IMG/VR virus record: IMGVR_UViG_3300044634_002660
Coordinates: 1 to 62,854 of that record
Length of the DNA: 62,854 nt
Source: a virus
Taxonomy: Duplodnaviria; Caudoviricetes
Reading direction: 5' to 3' (one strand)
Shown here one piece after another: positions 6,864 through 16,466 of the stretch (position 1 is its first letter; each line of letters begins with the position of its first letter). The notes beneath the pieces are model-generated. The model had not been told where the DNA came from. It ran no database searches and saw only the letters and a list, made by a program, of their open reading frames with translations. A program made the translations under genes and the position numbers.

Positions 6864-7883
6864 ATGAAAAAAATTAGCTGGTTCAGCGTACAAAATACTG
6901 ATGTAAGTGGTGGTCTATGGACTAGCCAAGGCTACGCCAATGCTGCAGTTAGCATGATAACATCTCTACAGCAAAAGAAATTAGCTGTATTTTTTAATAA
7001 TCCAGATATTCCTTTTCATATTAACTTTTGTCAGCCTTATTACTATCAGTTAAATAATGCTTATAATATTGGTTACACCCCTTGGGAATCTACAAAGATA
7101 CCTTCAGGTTGGCAATACAATATGAGTATTTGTAATGAAATATGGACAACTTCAAACTTTGTAAAAGATGTTTATATAAACAATGGTATTAAAAATGATA
7201 TTCATGTAATCCCTCATGGTATATCTGAAGACTTTAAAATAACAGAGAGAGAATTGACTGATACATTCTACTTCCTTCATGTAGGAGGAGATTCTAAAAG
7301 AAAAAACGCTCAACTTGTTGTTGATGCTTTTCTAGAACTTTATGATGGTGATGATAACTATAAGCTTGTTCTTAAATATAATAAATTCTGTTATGCAGAA
7401 TGTTATGTTAACAACCAATTAGTTCCAGCAAACAACCATCCTCAAATTATTGGTATTCCAGATGTATTGTCTAATGATCAAATAGTGCAGTTATACAGTA
7501 AATGTCATTGTCTCGTATATCCAACAAGTGGTGAAGGATTTGGAATGATTCCTTTTGAAGCAATGGCAACTGGACTCCCAACCATTGTCACAAATCTTAC
7601 AGGTTGTGCAGATTTCGCACATTACGGAATACCGCTTTCAGCAGAATACGGTGACGCTACTTTTAATAATCACGAATACAACACCGATACTGGTAAATGG
7701 GCAATCCCTGATTTTGATGAACTTATTGAACATATGAAAAATGTTCCTAATGAATATGATCTTTTCAAACAGGCAGCTGTGCATTCCGCAAAAATTATTC
7801 ATCAAGAGCATTCTTGGCCCGCTGTCGCTGATATGATTATCACACGGTTCAACGAGTTTGAAAAAAATATTACACCTAAGTAA
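6864..7883 (+). CDS. GT-B (GT4-like) glycosyltransferase
   Basis: TPWES, VIPHG, RKN, YPTSGEGFGMIPFEAMATGLPTI (E-x7-E motif). Confidence 0.9.
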   Translation: MKKISWFSVQNTDVSGGLWTSQGYANAAVSMITSLQQKKLAVFFNNPDIPFHINFCQPYYYQLNNAYNIGYTPWESTKIPSGWQYNMSICNEIWTTSNFVKDVYINNGIKNDIHVIPHGISEDFKITERELTDTFYFLHVGGDSKRKNAQLVVDAFLELYDGDDNYKLVLKYNKFCYAECYVNNQLVPANNHPQIIGIPDVLSNDQIVQLYSKCHCLVYPTSGEGFGMIPFEAMATGLPTIVTNLTGCADFAHYGIPLSAEYGDATFNNHEYNTDTGKWAIPDFDELIEHMKNVPNEYDLFKQAAVHSAKIIHQEHSWPAVADMIITRFNEFEKNITPK

Positions 7884-7943
7884 TATCTCTTGAACTTAGT
7901 TATCAGGCTGGTAAAATTGTTACCTGCGTATTAAGGAGTTCAA

Positions 7944-10001
7944 GTGGTAAATAGTACATTAAATGAAAGTCTTTTTTCTTTTAGACTTAGCGATGATTTT
8001 GTTTCATCTTATAAAGAAAAGAAAGCCCCATTCGGTTATAGAGATGCAGCTGGCAATTCTGTTGGAGAAATCACATTTCTCAGAACATATTCAAGAAAGA
8101 AAGCCAATGGAACCAAAGAAACATGGGTTGATGTTTGTGAGCGCGTTATCAACGGCATGTATTCCCTTCAGAAAGACCATTGTAAAAAGAATCGTCTCCC
8201 TTGGAATGGCGTAAAGGCTCAGTCAAGCGCTAAAGAAGCCTTTGATCGTTTGTTCAATCTTAAGTGGACACCACCGGGAAGAGGTCTCTGGATTATGGGA
8301 ACACCTCTTGTAAATCTTCATAAGAACTCTGCTGCTCTTCAGAACTGTGCTTTTGTGTCTACATCTGAAATGTCAAAAGACAATCCAGCAGAGCCTTTTA
8401 CTTTCTTGATGGAGGCCTCAATGCTTGGCATCGGTGTTGGTTTTGATGATAAGGGTTCTGATAAAGATTTTGTTATCTATGAACCAAACAGAACAACGGT
8501 GATTGATGTTATTGCTGATGACCGCGAAAGTTGGGCAAGAGCTACTGGTGATTTGATTAATTCTTATCTTAAGCCATATCAGAATGCTATTGAGTTTGAC
8601 TACAGCCTCATCCGCCCATACGGTTCACCAATTGCTACTTTTGGTGGCACAGCATCAGGCCCAGAGCCTTTGATCAAACTTCATAAAGCAATTAAGAAGA
8701 TGTTTGAAGGTCGTGCTGGTGAAAAACTTACATCAACAGATATTGCTGACATTGGAAATCTTATTGGTGTCTGTGTTGTTTCGGGAAATGTTCGCCGTTC
8801 TGCCGAACTTTTTATTGGTAGAAATACAGAAGAGTTCTTGAATCTTAAAAACGCATCCGTTTATCCAGAAAGAAACTCTTATGACCCAGAAAATCCGGGT
8901 TGGGGTTGGATGAGCAATAACTCAATTGAAACAACAGTTGGGGCTGATATCTCCAACATTGTTGACGGTATTGCTCTTAACGGAGAACCCGGTGTTATTT
9001 GGATGGACATGTCTCGCAAGTATGGTCGTTTAATTGATCCACCAAACAATAAAGACTGGCGTGTTGCTGGATATAATCCGTGTGCAGAGCAGTCGCTTGA
9101 ATCGTATGAGTGTTGTACGCTCGTTGAGACTTATTTAAATCGCCATGATTCTCTTGAGGACTATAAGAGAACTTTAAAGTTCGCTTACCTGTACGCAAAA
9201 ACTGTAACTCTTCTCCCAACACACTGGGAAAAAACAAATGCAATTATGCAGAGAAACCGCCGTATTGGTGCATCAATGTCTGGAATCGCAAACTTTGCTG
9301 ATATTAACGGAATCCCCGTTCTTCGTGAATGGATGGATAGTGGATACGAAACTGTTAAGAGATATGACAATATCTATTCAGAATGGTTTGGCATCCGTGA
9401 ATCAATCAAGATGACAACGGTTAAGCCATCTGGAACAGTATCAATCCTCGCCGGCGAATCACCAGGAGTTCACTGGACACCAGGAGGAAAATACTTCCTT
9501 CGTGCAATTCGTTTTGGAAATGATGACCCAATGCTTCCTCTGTTCAAGATGGCAAACTATAGAGTTGAACCTGCATCTGAATCTCCAGAAACAACCTCTG
9601 TTGTTTTCTTCCCAATTCAGTCTGATTCTGAAAGAGCGGAAAAAGATGTGACCATTTTTGAAAAGATGGCTATCGCTTCTGTTGCACAGCGTTACTGGTC
9701 AGACAACTCTGTCTCTGTAACAATTTCTTTTGATTCAGAAACTGAGCAAAAGCATATCGGAACGGTTCTGCATATGTATGACGGTCAGTTGAAAACTGTT
9801 TCCTTCTTACCTTCTGGAAACTTCACATATCCTCAAATGCCATACACGCAAATAACAGAAGGTGAATACATTAAGGAAACATTAGACCTTTTCCCAATCG
9901 ATTTTGCTGGTGTTTATGCAGGAATGGCAGCTGATGCTGTTGGAGAAGCATATTGCACAACAGATGCGTGTGAAATTAAGTTGATTAAAGATAATATCTA
10001 A
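7944..10001 (+). CDS. nrdJ: Class II (adenosylcobalamin-dependent) ribonucleotide reductase
   Basis: RTYSR, PPGRGLW, LQNCAF, GNVRRSA, NPCAEQSLESYECCTLVE, TTVKPSGTVS, C-terminal CTTDAC; no beta-subunit gene nearby. Confidence 0.93.
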   Translation: MVNSTLNESLFSFRLSDDFVSSYKEKKAPFGYRDAAGNSVGEITFLRTYSRKKANGTKETWVDVCERVINGMYSLQKDHCKKNRLPWNGVKAQSSAKEAFDRLFNLKWTPPGRGLWIMGTPLVNLHKNSAALQNCAFVSTSEMSKDNPAEPFTFLMEASMLGIGVGFDDKGSDKDFVIYEPNRTTVIDVIADDRESWARATGDLINSYLKPYQNAIEFDYSLIRPYGSPIATFGGTASGPEPLIKLHKAIKKMFEGRAGEKLTSTDIADIGNLIGVCVVSGNVRRSAELFIGRNTEEFLNLKNASVYPERNSYDPENPGWGWMSNNSIETTVGADISNIVDGIALNGEPGVIWMDMSRKYGRLIDPPNNKDWRVAGYNPCAEQSLESYECCTLVETYLNRHDSLEDYKRTLKFAYLYAKTVTLLPTHWEKTNAIMQRNRRIGASMSGIANFADINGIPVLREWMDSGYETVKRYDNIYSEWFGIRESIKMTTVKPSGTVSILAGESPGVHWTPGGKYFLRAIRFGNDDPMLPLFKMANYRVEPASESPETTSVVFFPIQSDSERAEKDVTIFEKMAIASVAQRYWSDNSVSVTISFDSETEQKHIGTVLHMYDGQLKTVSFLPSGNFTYPQMPYTQITEGEYIKETLDLFPIDFAGVYAGMAADAVGEAYCTTDACEIKLIKDNI

Positions 10002-10058
10002 TCTTTTTTACCAATTAGTGTAGATAAAATAAAGAAAGTAATGTAGAATTGTACTGAA

Positions 10059-10397
10059 ATGACTTCTGATATGATTAAAAGTAAAAATATCTGGGTGCCA
10101 GAGAGATCTTATGGTGTCTGCCTTTGGATAATGGAAGATGGTCTTCCACTATCAGATGGAGATGGTGTTCTTTGTGCCGAAGGTTTAATGAATGATCCTG
10201 TGATTGAGAAAAAGGTTGCAGAGGCTGCTAGATACTGGACAGGCAGTGATGTCGGAAAGGTGAGTTGGGTTGCTGGTGCAAGAAAAATCTCTGCATCAGA
10301 AAAAGACGATCAAGCAGAAAGACTCTCTAACGGTCTGGTCGCAGATCCCTATGAAGACATCCTTGATGCCTACTTCTCTCATCAGAGGGTTAAATGA
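10059..10397 (+). CDS. Hypothetical protein upstream of portal
   Basis: 112-aa ORF with ATGA overlap with the portal gene. Confidence 0.65.
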   Translation: MTSDMIKSKNIWVPERSYGVCLWIMEDGLPLSDGDGVLCAEGLMNDPVIEKKVAEAARYWTGSDVGKVSWVAGARKISASEKDDQAERLSNGLVADPYEDILDAYFSHQRVK

Positions 10398-12040
10398 ACG
10401 ATAACAGAATGGTTCATGTTGAAAACGAATTGTCTTCTGATGTTGAAATCGAGGACATTGCTTACATCTCTTCAGATTCCTACGAAGAAAGTGTTGACCC
10501 ATTTTCCGTTATTAAAATAGATTCTCTTCCTCCAAAAATGAAGAGAAAAGCTATTTCTCTGAAAAAGAGACATGAGGGCGAGGATGGAACAAAGTCTAAG
10601 TACTTGGACCCAGAGGTTGTTAATGGCTACTCACTTTGGGATATTGTAAATCCTCCTTACGATCTTGATAACTTGGCAAGACTTTACGACCAGAGTGCAA
10701 TTCACAATGCTGCTATTAATGCAAGAGTTATGAACACCGTTGGGCTTGGTTTTGAGTTTGTAGAAACATTAAAGTCAAGAAGAAGAATTGAAAAAGCCCA
10801 AGATGACAAGGCGAAACTTGAAAGAGTTCGTAGAAATCTTCAAGATACAAGGGAAGAGCTTGAGCAACTGTTTGAAGACTTCAATGTTGAAGAAACTTTA
10901 ATTGAAACACTTGTTCGTGTTTGGCAAGATTGTTTAACTGTTGGAAACGGCTACCTTGAGGTTGGTCGAAACAATGCTGGCAAGGTCGGCTATATCGGTC
11001 ATATTCCAGCAACAATGATTAGAGTGAGAAGAAAGCGTGATGGCTATGTTCAGTTGTCAAGAGCTAATAAGATTCAAGCAGTGTTCTTTAGAAACTTCCA
11101 AGATTTAGAAATGGATGACCCAATCAATGCTGATCCAAGCCCAAACGAAATTATTCACTTTAAGATATATTCACCAAACAGCACTTACTACGGAATTCCT
11201 GCAGCAATTTCAGCTGCTGCCGCTATTGTTGGCGATAAGTTCGCAAAAGAATACAATATTGATTACTTTGAGAATAAAGCAATTCCAAGATACGCAATCA
11301 TTCTGAAAGGCGCAAAACTTAGCAACAAGTCAAAAATGGAACTTGTTAACTATTTTAGAAACGAGATTAAGGGCAAGAATCACGGAACATTGGTTGTCCC
11401 CCTTCCTGCTGGAATTGGTAGCGACTCTGATATTAAATTTGAAAAACTTGAAGCCGGTGTGCAAGATGCTTCGTTCGATAAGTATCGTAAATCAAACCGT
11501 GATGAAATCTTGATTGCAAACAGAGTTCCTGCTCCAAAAGTTGGTGTCTATGACAATGCAAACTTGGCTGTTTCAAGAGATGCAGATAAAACATTTAAGA
11601 TTCAGGTTATTGGACCAGATCAAGCTGTTATCGAGAAGAAGATTAATAGACTTCTTTCTGAATTTACAGACCTTCTCCAGTTTAAGCTAAAGAAGATTGA
11701 CCTTCTTGATGAAGATATGGAATCAAGAATTCACGATAGATATCTCAGAACTGAGGTTATTAGTCCAAATGAAGTCAGAGCTAAAATCGGCCTCCCAGAA
11801 AAGTCTGATGGTGATGACATGCTTCCTTTCCCAACAAAGATTAAGAAAGAAGAGTCTGCTGGTGCTCCATTTGGTAATTCAAATGGTTCTGCCGCAAACC
11901 CTCCGCAATCACGATCTGATAGCGGCGCTACGCCAAGCGGTGTTCAGGGTTCTGGAGATCAAAAAGAAAGAGGCCAGAGTCAAGACTCTGGTGACAATGT
12001 GGATACTGTAAAAGTATTCGAAGGAGAAAACAATGAGTGA
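10394..12040 (+). CDS. Portal protein (PBSX/HK97-like)
   Basis: GNGYLEV, EIIHFK..YYGIP, YFENKAIP, RDEILIANRVP, ISPNEVRAKIGL; head gene order. Confidence 0.92.
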   Translation: MNDNRMVHVENELSSDVEIEDIAYISSDSYEESVDPFSVIKIDSLPPKMKRKAISLKKRHEGEDGTKSKYLDPEVVNGYSLWDIVNPPYDLDNLARLYDQSAIHNAAINARVMNTVGLGFEFVETLKSRRRIEKAQDDKAKLERVRRNLQDTREELEQLFEDFNVEETLIETLVRVWQDCLTVGNGYLEVGRNNAGKVGYIGHIPATMIRVRRKRDGYVQLSRANKIQAVFFRNFQDLEMDDPINADPSPNEIIHFKIYSPNSTYYGIPAAISAAAAIVGDKFAKEYNIDYFENKAIPRYAIILKGAKLSNKSKMELVNYFRNEIKGKNHGTLVVPLPAGIGSDSDIKFEKLEAGVQDASFDKYRKSNRDEILIANRVPAPKVGVYDNANLAVSRDADKTFKIQVIGPDQAVIEKKINRLLSEFTDLLQFKLKKIDLLDEDMESRIHDRYLRTEVISPNEVRAKIGLPEKSDGDDMLPFPTKIKKEESAGAPFGNSNGSAANPPQSRSDSGATPSGVQGSGDQKERGQSQDSGDNVDTVKVFEGENNE

Positions 12041-12299
12041 GCAAACTTTGGTTTATTCAGACACTAGCGTTACTAGCGCTGACAGTGTGGTAAGTATTGG
12101 AAGACACACATCTTCTATTAAATTTTATAATGCAAGTAATGCAACAGATGCTGTTGTTGAAGTTAATGGTGGACCATTAAGAGTTTTAATTCCATCTACT
12201 GCTGAAGGCAATGCTGGTTATGTTGAGCTTTACGGAGATTATACAAAATTTCAAGTTATCACAGCTGGTGTAACAATTGCTGTTATGGCTTTTGGTTAA
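12033..12299 (+). CDS. Hypothetical virion-associated protein
   Basis: 88-aa beta-rich ORF between portal and protease. Confidence 0.55.
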   Translation: MSEQTLVYSDTSVTSADSVVSIGRHTSSIKFYNASNATDAVVEVNGGPLRVLIPSTAEGNAGYVELYGDYTKFQVITAGVTIAVMAFG

Positions 12300-12341
12300 A
12301 TATATAACATATAGTGTATAATTTTAGATTACGAGGTCTTT

Positions 12342-13904
12342 ATGGAAAATTTTAATTTATCTTTCCCTATTGATATGATCAAGAAAGAGGAAAGAATCGT
12401 AAGCGGTATCGCAACCGCTGATAATATTGATAAGTCTGGGGATGTTGTTGAGTTCAACGCATCCTTAGAGGCATTTAAAAACTGGGGTGGAAATATCCGT
12501 GAAATGCACCACCCAATCGCTGTCGGTAAAGCTATTAGTTATGAACCAATTGAGATTACATCGGAAGATGGCGAGAAATATAAGGCCATCAAGGTAAGTG
12601 CTTACATTTCAAAAGGTGCTCAGGATACATGGGAAAAGGTTCTTGATGGAACCCTTAAAGCTTTTTCTATTGGCGGTAAAATCATGGAGAAGGCAGAGTC
12701 TACAGAGAAGATGTTTAGAGGTCGCCCTGTAAATGTTATTAAAAAATATACATTAGGTGAACTTAGTCTTGTTGATAATCCGGCAAACGCTTTAGCAATT
12801 GTTGATATTATCAAAATGGATACAGATGGTAATCTCGATTACATTTTAGATACCCTTGAAGATATTAATTTTGAAAAAGCAAAAGCTCCATTGAAAGATC
12901 CAAAAGGTGGTCTTACTGCTGCTGGTCGTGCTCACTTTAAACAAACAGAAGGCGCAAACCTGAAACCCGGAGTTAAAGGTGCCGCAGATACTCCTGAAAA
13001 AATGCGCCGTAAAGGTTCTTTCTTAACAAGATTCTTCACTAATCCATCTGGACCAATGAAGAAACCAAACGGAGATCCAACTCGTTTAGCGCTTTCAGCC
13101 GCTGCTTGGGGTGAGCCTGTACCTCAAAACATGCAAGATGCTGCTGAATTAGCAGCAAAGGGTAGAAGGCTTCTTGAAAGATATCAGAATACAAAAGAGA
13201 AGTCTGTCCATGTTGAAATGGAAAAGGAAGGAGAGGTAACTTCTTCCGGAATGGGTTCTGGAATTAAAAATCCAACACAGGGTAATAGATATATTACACC
13301 TACAATACCAAAAAAGAAAAAGGAGAAAAAAGAAATGAGTTCATATAAAATTGAAGAACTCGTAGAAATCATTAAAACGCAAGATGAAACATTGCAGAAT
13401 GATGTAAACTATGATATGGTCTTAAGCATGAATGAACAAGAAATTAATAGACTTTCGCTTCTTAAGCGACTTGTAAATTGGCTTGTTCCAGATGTTCAAG
13501 AGAATGCTTCAACACAAGTTGAAGTAACTGAAAACACACAGGAGGAAGAAATGGATATTGCAATCCTTAAAGAAGCTCTCGGTGCTGTGGTTGACGAAAA
13601 ACTGGATACCTTCGCTACTTCAATTAAAGAAGAGATCGAAGCATCGGTTCAAGAAAAAATCGACACCATCACAAAGGGTTTTGAAGCAAACACAGTTGAG
13701 CTTCAAGAAAAATTAGAAGCAGCAGAAAAGGCACTTTTGGAGACAGAAGAGCAGGTTAGTAAATTCGCTAACGCTGGTGCTATCAAAAAGAGCGTTGACC
13801 CGGAAGAACAGGATGAGGATGAAACAATCACCAAGTCCGAGTCTATCTGGAACAATGTTTATCTGCCACAGGGCGTTATCAACGCACTTGGTTATAAGTC
13901 ATAA
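12342..13904 (+). CDS. Prohead protease (XkdF/HK97-like) fused to an insert module and a scaffold
   Basis: IDKSGD, REMH, FSIGG, ELSLVDNPAN; central module KDPKGGLTAAGR..F..RF; acidic coiled-coil C-terminus. Confidence 0.88.
   Translation: MENFNLSFPIDMIKKEERIVSGIATADNIDKSGDVVEFNASLEAFKNWGGNIREMHHPIAVGKAISYEPIEITSEDGEKYKAIKVSAYISKGAQDTWEKVLDGTLKAFSIGGKIMEKAESTEKMFRGRPVNVIKKYTLGELSLVDNPANALAIVDIIKMDTDGNLDYILDTLEDINFEKAKAPLKDPKGGLTAAGRAHFKQTEGANLKPGVKGAADTPEKMRRKGSFLTRFFTNPSGPMKKPNGDPTRLALSAAAWGEPVPQNMQDAAELAAKGRRLLERYQNTKEKSVHVEMEKEGEVTSSGMGSGIKNPTQGNRYITPTIPKKKKEKKEMSSYKIEELVEIIKTQDETLQNDVNYDMVLSMNEQEINRLSLLKRLVNWLVPDVQENASTQVEVTENTQEEEMDIAILKEALGAVVDEKLDTFATSIKEEIEASVQEKIDTITKGFEANTVELQEKLEAAEKALLETEEQVSKFANAGAIKKSVDPEEQDEDETITKSESIWNNVYLPQGVINALGYKS
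13392..13420 (+). promoter_or_regulatory. Internal promoter for scaffold and capsid genes
   Basis: TTGCAG-17 nt-TATGGT with TGn extension; in-frame ATG 7 nt downstream (13428) and AGGAGG-ATG at 13551. Confidence 0.55.
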
Positions 13905-13921
13905 GTAGGAGGAAAAAATAT

Positions 13922-14953
13922 ATGGCATCACAAGAAGAAATTCTTTCAAAAGCTGATGAAGTAACAACGGGTGTTGTTGGCAACGATTCTGGTGGTTTAA
14001 TGAAACCAGCTCAGTCAAATCGTTTCCTTGACTTCGTTATTGATCAGTCTGTCCTCATGCAGAACGCAAGAGTCGTTCGCATGCGTACACCACAAATGGA
14101 AATCGATAAGGTTTCCGTTGGCACTCGCTTGCTTTCCAAGGCAACCGAGGCAACAGATGACGGTGCAAATGCAGCCGTTACATTCAGCAAAGTTTCGCTG
14201 AGCACAGTTAAGCTCCGTCTTGACTGGGCAGTATCAACAGAGTCTCTTGAAGACAACATTGAAGGTGCTTCTCTTGAAGATCACATCGCACAGATCATGG
14301 CTCGTCAAACAGCCAACGACCTTGACGATTTGTTCATCAACGGAAATACATCTTCAAACAATGGTCTTATCAAGGCACTTGATGGTTTTATTAAGCTTGC
14401 AAGAGCTAATGGTCGTACAGTCGATGAGGCAGGAACGCAAGTTTCCCGCGCAACATATGACCGTATCCTCCGCAACCTTCCAACGAAGTATCTCCAGCGC
14501 AGAAATGAGTTGAGGTTCTTCACCGGTTCAGGTGTTGTGCAAGACACGATTTACTCACTTGGTAATCCTAACTCAGCAACAGCTGCAACAGCAGGCGCAC
14601 CATCACCAGCATCTACCGTTGGTGATATGGCATTCCTTCAGGGTTCAATGCGTGGTAATGGCGGTGCCGGTTCAACAGGCATCTCCCCATTCGGTATTCC
14701 ACTGATTGAAGTTCCACTCATGCCAGAAGCTGCTGCAGGAGATTACTCAGGCACAAGCGGTTCTCATGGTCATATTGAGTTGACATTCCCGAACAACCGT
14801 GTTATCGGTATCCACCGTGACATTACTGTTTATCGTCAGTTCAAGCCAAAGACCGACACAATCGAGTACACCCAGTACATGAGAGTTGCAAGCAACATTG
14901 AAAATGCTGATTCATATGTAATCGGTAAGAATGTTAAGCTTCGTTCACTGTAA
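13922..14953 (+). CDS. Major capsid protein (HK97 fold)
   Basis: GGLMKPAQSNRF, ESLEDNIEG, DLDDLFING, DGFIK; strong AGGAGG RBS; follows the protease/scaffold gene. Confidence 0.93.
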   Translation: MASQEEILSKADEVTTGVVGNDSGGLMKPAQSNRFLDFVIDQSVLMQNARVVRMRTPQMEIDKVSVGTRLLSKATEATDDGANAAVTFSKVSLSTVKLRLDWAVSTESLEDNIEGASLEDHIAQIMARQTANDLDDLFINGNTSSNNGLIKALDGFIKLARANGRTVDEAGTQVSRATYDRILRNLPTKYLQRRNELRFFTGSGVVQDTIYSLGNPNSATAATAGAPSPASTVGDMAFLQGSMRGNGGAGSTGISPFGIPLIEVPLMPEAAAGDYSGTSGSHGHIELTFPNNRVIGIHRDITVYRQFKPKTDTIEYTQYMRVASNIENADSYVIGKNVKLRSL

Positions 14954-14977
14954 TTAGTAATTAAAAAATTTGTGATT

Positions 14978-15004
14978 GGGAGGGGTGAAATATCCCCTCC
15001 CTTT
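14978..15004 (+). terminator. Rho-independent terminator after the capsid gene
   Basis: GGGAGGGG-TGAAATAT-CCCCTCCC followed by TTT. Confidence 0.75.
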
Positions 15005-15039
15005 CGCATTATACAGATAAGTATGGTATTGTATTAGTT

Positions 15040-15366
15040 ATGACTGACAACATCGTTACATCAAAATCAACAATGGGAGAAGAAGCAAAGCCTGCTAAGA
15101 AGGCTGCTGCAAAAAAAGCCCCTGCAAAACCAAAGGTTAATGCAGAAAATTCTACTGAGGCAAAAGCAACAAAGAATTCAATTGAAATTAATTTAATTGT
15201 ATTTGAGTCTGGTGCTGGCTATAGCTCTCAAAATCTCTTTTTTACAAGAGAAAATCCAATTCAAGAAGTATCAGACGAAGATTTTGCTTTTCTTTTAACA
15301 CTTGAAAACTTTAGAAGAGCTAATCAATTTGAAATTGAAGAATATCTTAATTCCAAGGAGGATTAA
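15040..15366 (+). CDS. Hypothetical protein (Lys/Ala-rich N-terminus)
   Basis: 108-aa ORF with a leaderless promoter TGGTATTGT-7 nt-ATG. Confidence 0.65.
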   Translation: MTDNIVTSKSTMGEEAKPAKKAAAKKAPAKPKVNAENSTEAKATKNSIEINLIVFESGAGYSSQNLFFTRENPIQEVSDEDFAFLLTLENFRRANQFEIEEYLNSKED

Positions 15367-15369
15367 TGT

Positions 15370-15753
15370 ATGGCCGGTAATCTAAGTGATTATCTTGAAA
15401 ATAAAGTTCTTGATCATATTTTAGGAACAACCTCTTACACAATGCCAGCAGATGTCTACTTGGCTTTGTATACGACAACACCAACAGATAGCACTTCTGG
15501 AACAGAGGTCACTGGTGGTTCTTATGCAAGAAAATTAATTACCTTTGGTGCATCTTCATCTGGTGCTGCCACTAATAATACGAATGTTGACTTCACATCG
15601 ATGCCAACCTGTGTTGTTACTGGAATTGCAGTATGTGATGCTTTAACAAGCGGAAACATTCTTGTTTATGGAGGCTTGGCCGCTAGTAAGTCGCTTGCAT
15701 CTGGAGATACTTTAAGAGTTTCATCTGGAGATTTGAGCATTTCAATCAACTAA
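15370..15753 (+). CDS. Virion structural protein
   Basis: SDYLENKVLDH, YLALYT, EVTGGSYAR, DALTSGNIL resemble a widespread small phage structural family. Confidence 0.7.
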   Translation: MAGNLSDYLENKVLDHILGTTSYTMPADVYLALYTTTPTDSTSGTEVTGGSYARKLITFGASSSGAATNNTNVDFTSMPTCVVTGIAVCDALTSGNILVYGGLAASKSLASGDTLRVSSGDLSISIN

Positions 15754-15761
15754 GAGGTTTT

Positions 15762-16106
15762 ATGATTAGAAGAGAATTTGTAGGAAACGCATTGAGAACA
15801 ACATTATCTGCTAATATTTCAAACTCAGCGACTTCTTTTAGCGGTGTAAATGGATCCTCTTTTCCAACAGGAGACAACAATCCTTTTGTAATATCAATCG
15901 GTAGAGGAACTGCTCTTGAAGAAAAAATTCTTTGTTCCTCAAGATCATCAAACACTTTCACTGTATCTGAAAGGGGTTATGATGGAACAACAGCATCAGA
16001 ACATACAATAGGTGAGTTGATTGATCATGTTCTTGACGCTACAGTTATTCAGGATATGAATACTGTTACAAATGACACAAGCATTATTGCTTGGATGGGG
16101 ATTTAA
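15762..16106 (+). CDS. Virion structural protein
   Basis: TTLSANIS..EEKILC..RGYDGT..EH domain, also present within the baseplate protein. Confidence 0.6.
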   Translation: MIRREFVGNALRTTLSANISNSATSFSGVNGSSFPTGDNNPFVISIGRGTALEEKILCSSRSSNTFTVSERGYDGTTASEHTIGELIDHVLDATVIQDMNTVTNDTSIIAWMGI

Positions 16107-16442
16107 ATGGCAAACTTAACACCAAAACTTCTATATCTTGGAGCAGATACCGGAGCTAATGTATATACGGTATCAAGCAATACAGGTAGTTATTCAATTG
16201 TTAAAAATATGAATATTTGCAATGTGACTAGCAGCTCAGCGACATGTAATGTGCATGTTCTTCTATCTGGGGTCTCAGCATCAGCAAACAACAACGCAAT
16301 CCTTAGTTCATTTACGGTAGCACCAAACGAAACAGTTGCTTATGACGGCATCTTTGTATTGCCTGCTAATTCTAAAATTTATATTTCTCAACCAGCAGCT
16401 AGTCTTACTTTTTCAATTAGTGGAGTTGAGTACGCAACTTAA
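16107..16442 (+). CDS. Virion adaptor-like beta protein
   Basis: Paralogous to 21843..22202 (YTV..SIVKNMNICN..VAPNETV..GVE). Confidence 0.6.
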   Translation: MANLTPKLLYLGADTGANVYTVSSNTGSYSIVKNMNICNVTSSSATCNVHVLLSGVSASANNNAILSSFTVAPNETVAYDGIFVLPANSKIYISQPAASLTFSISGVEYAT

Positions 16443-16466
16443 TTCTATATCATATACAATTGCTAT

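Noticed and set aside
7944-10001. Intein or intron in NrdJ (helicase and the DnaE fragment also checked)
   Set aside because: Lengths are normal, motifs are contiguous and no intein splice-junction pattern is seen.
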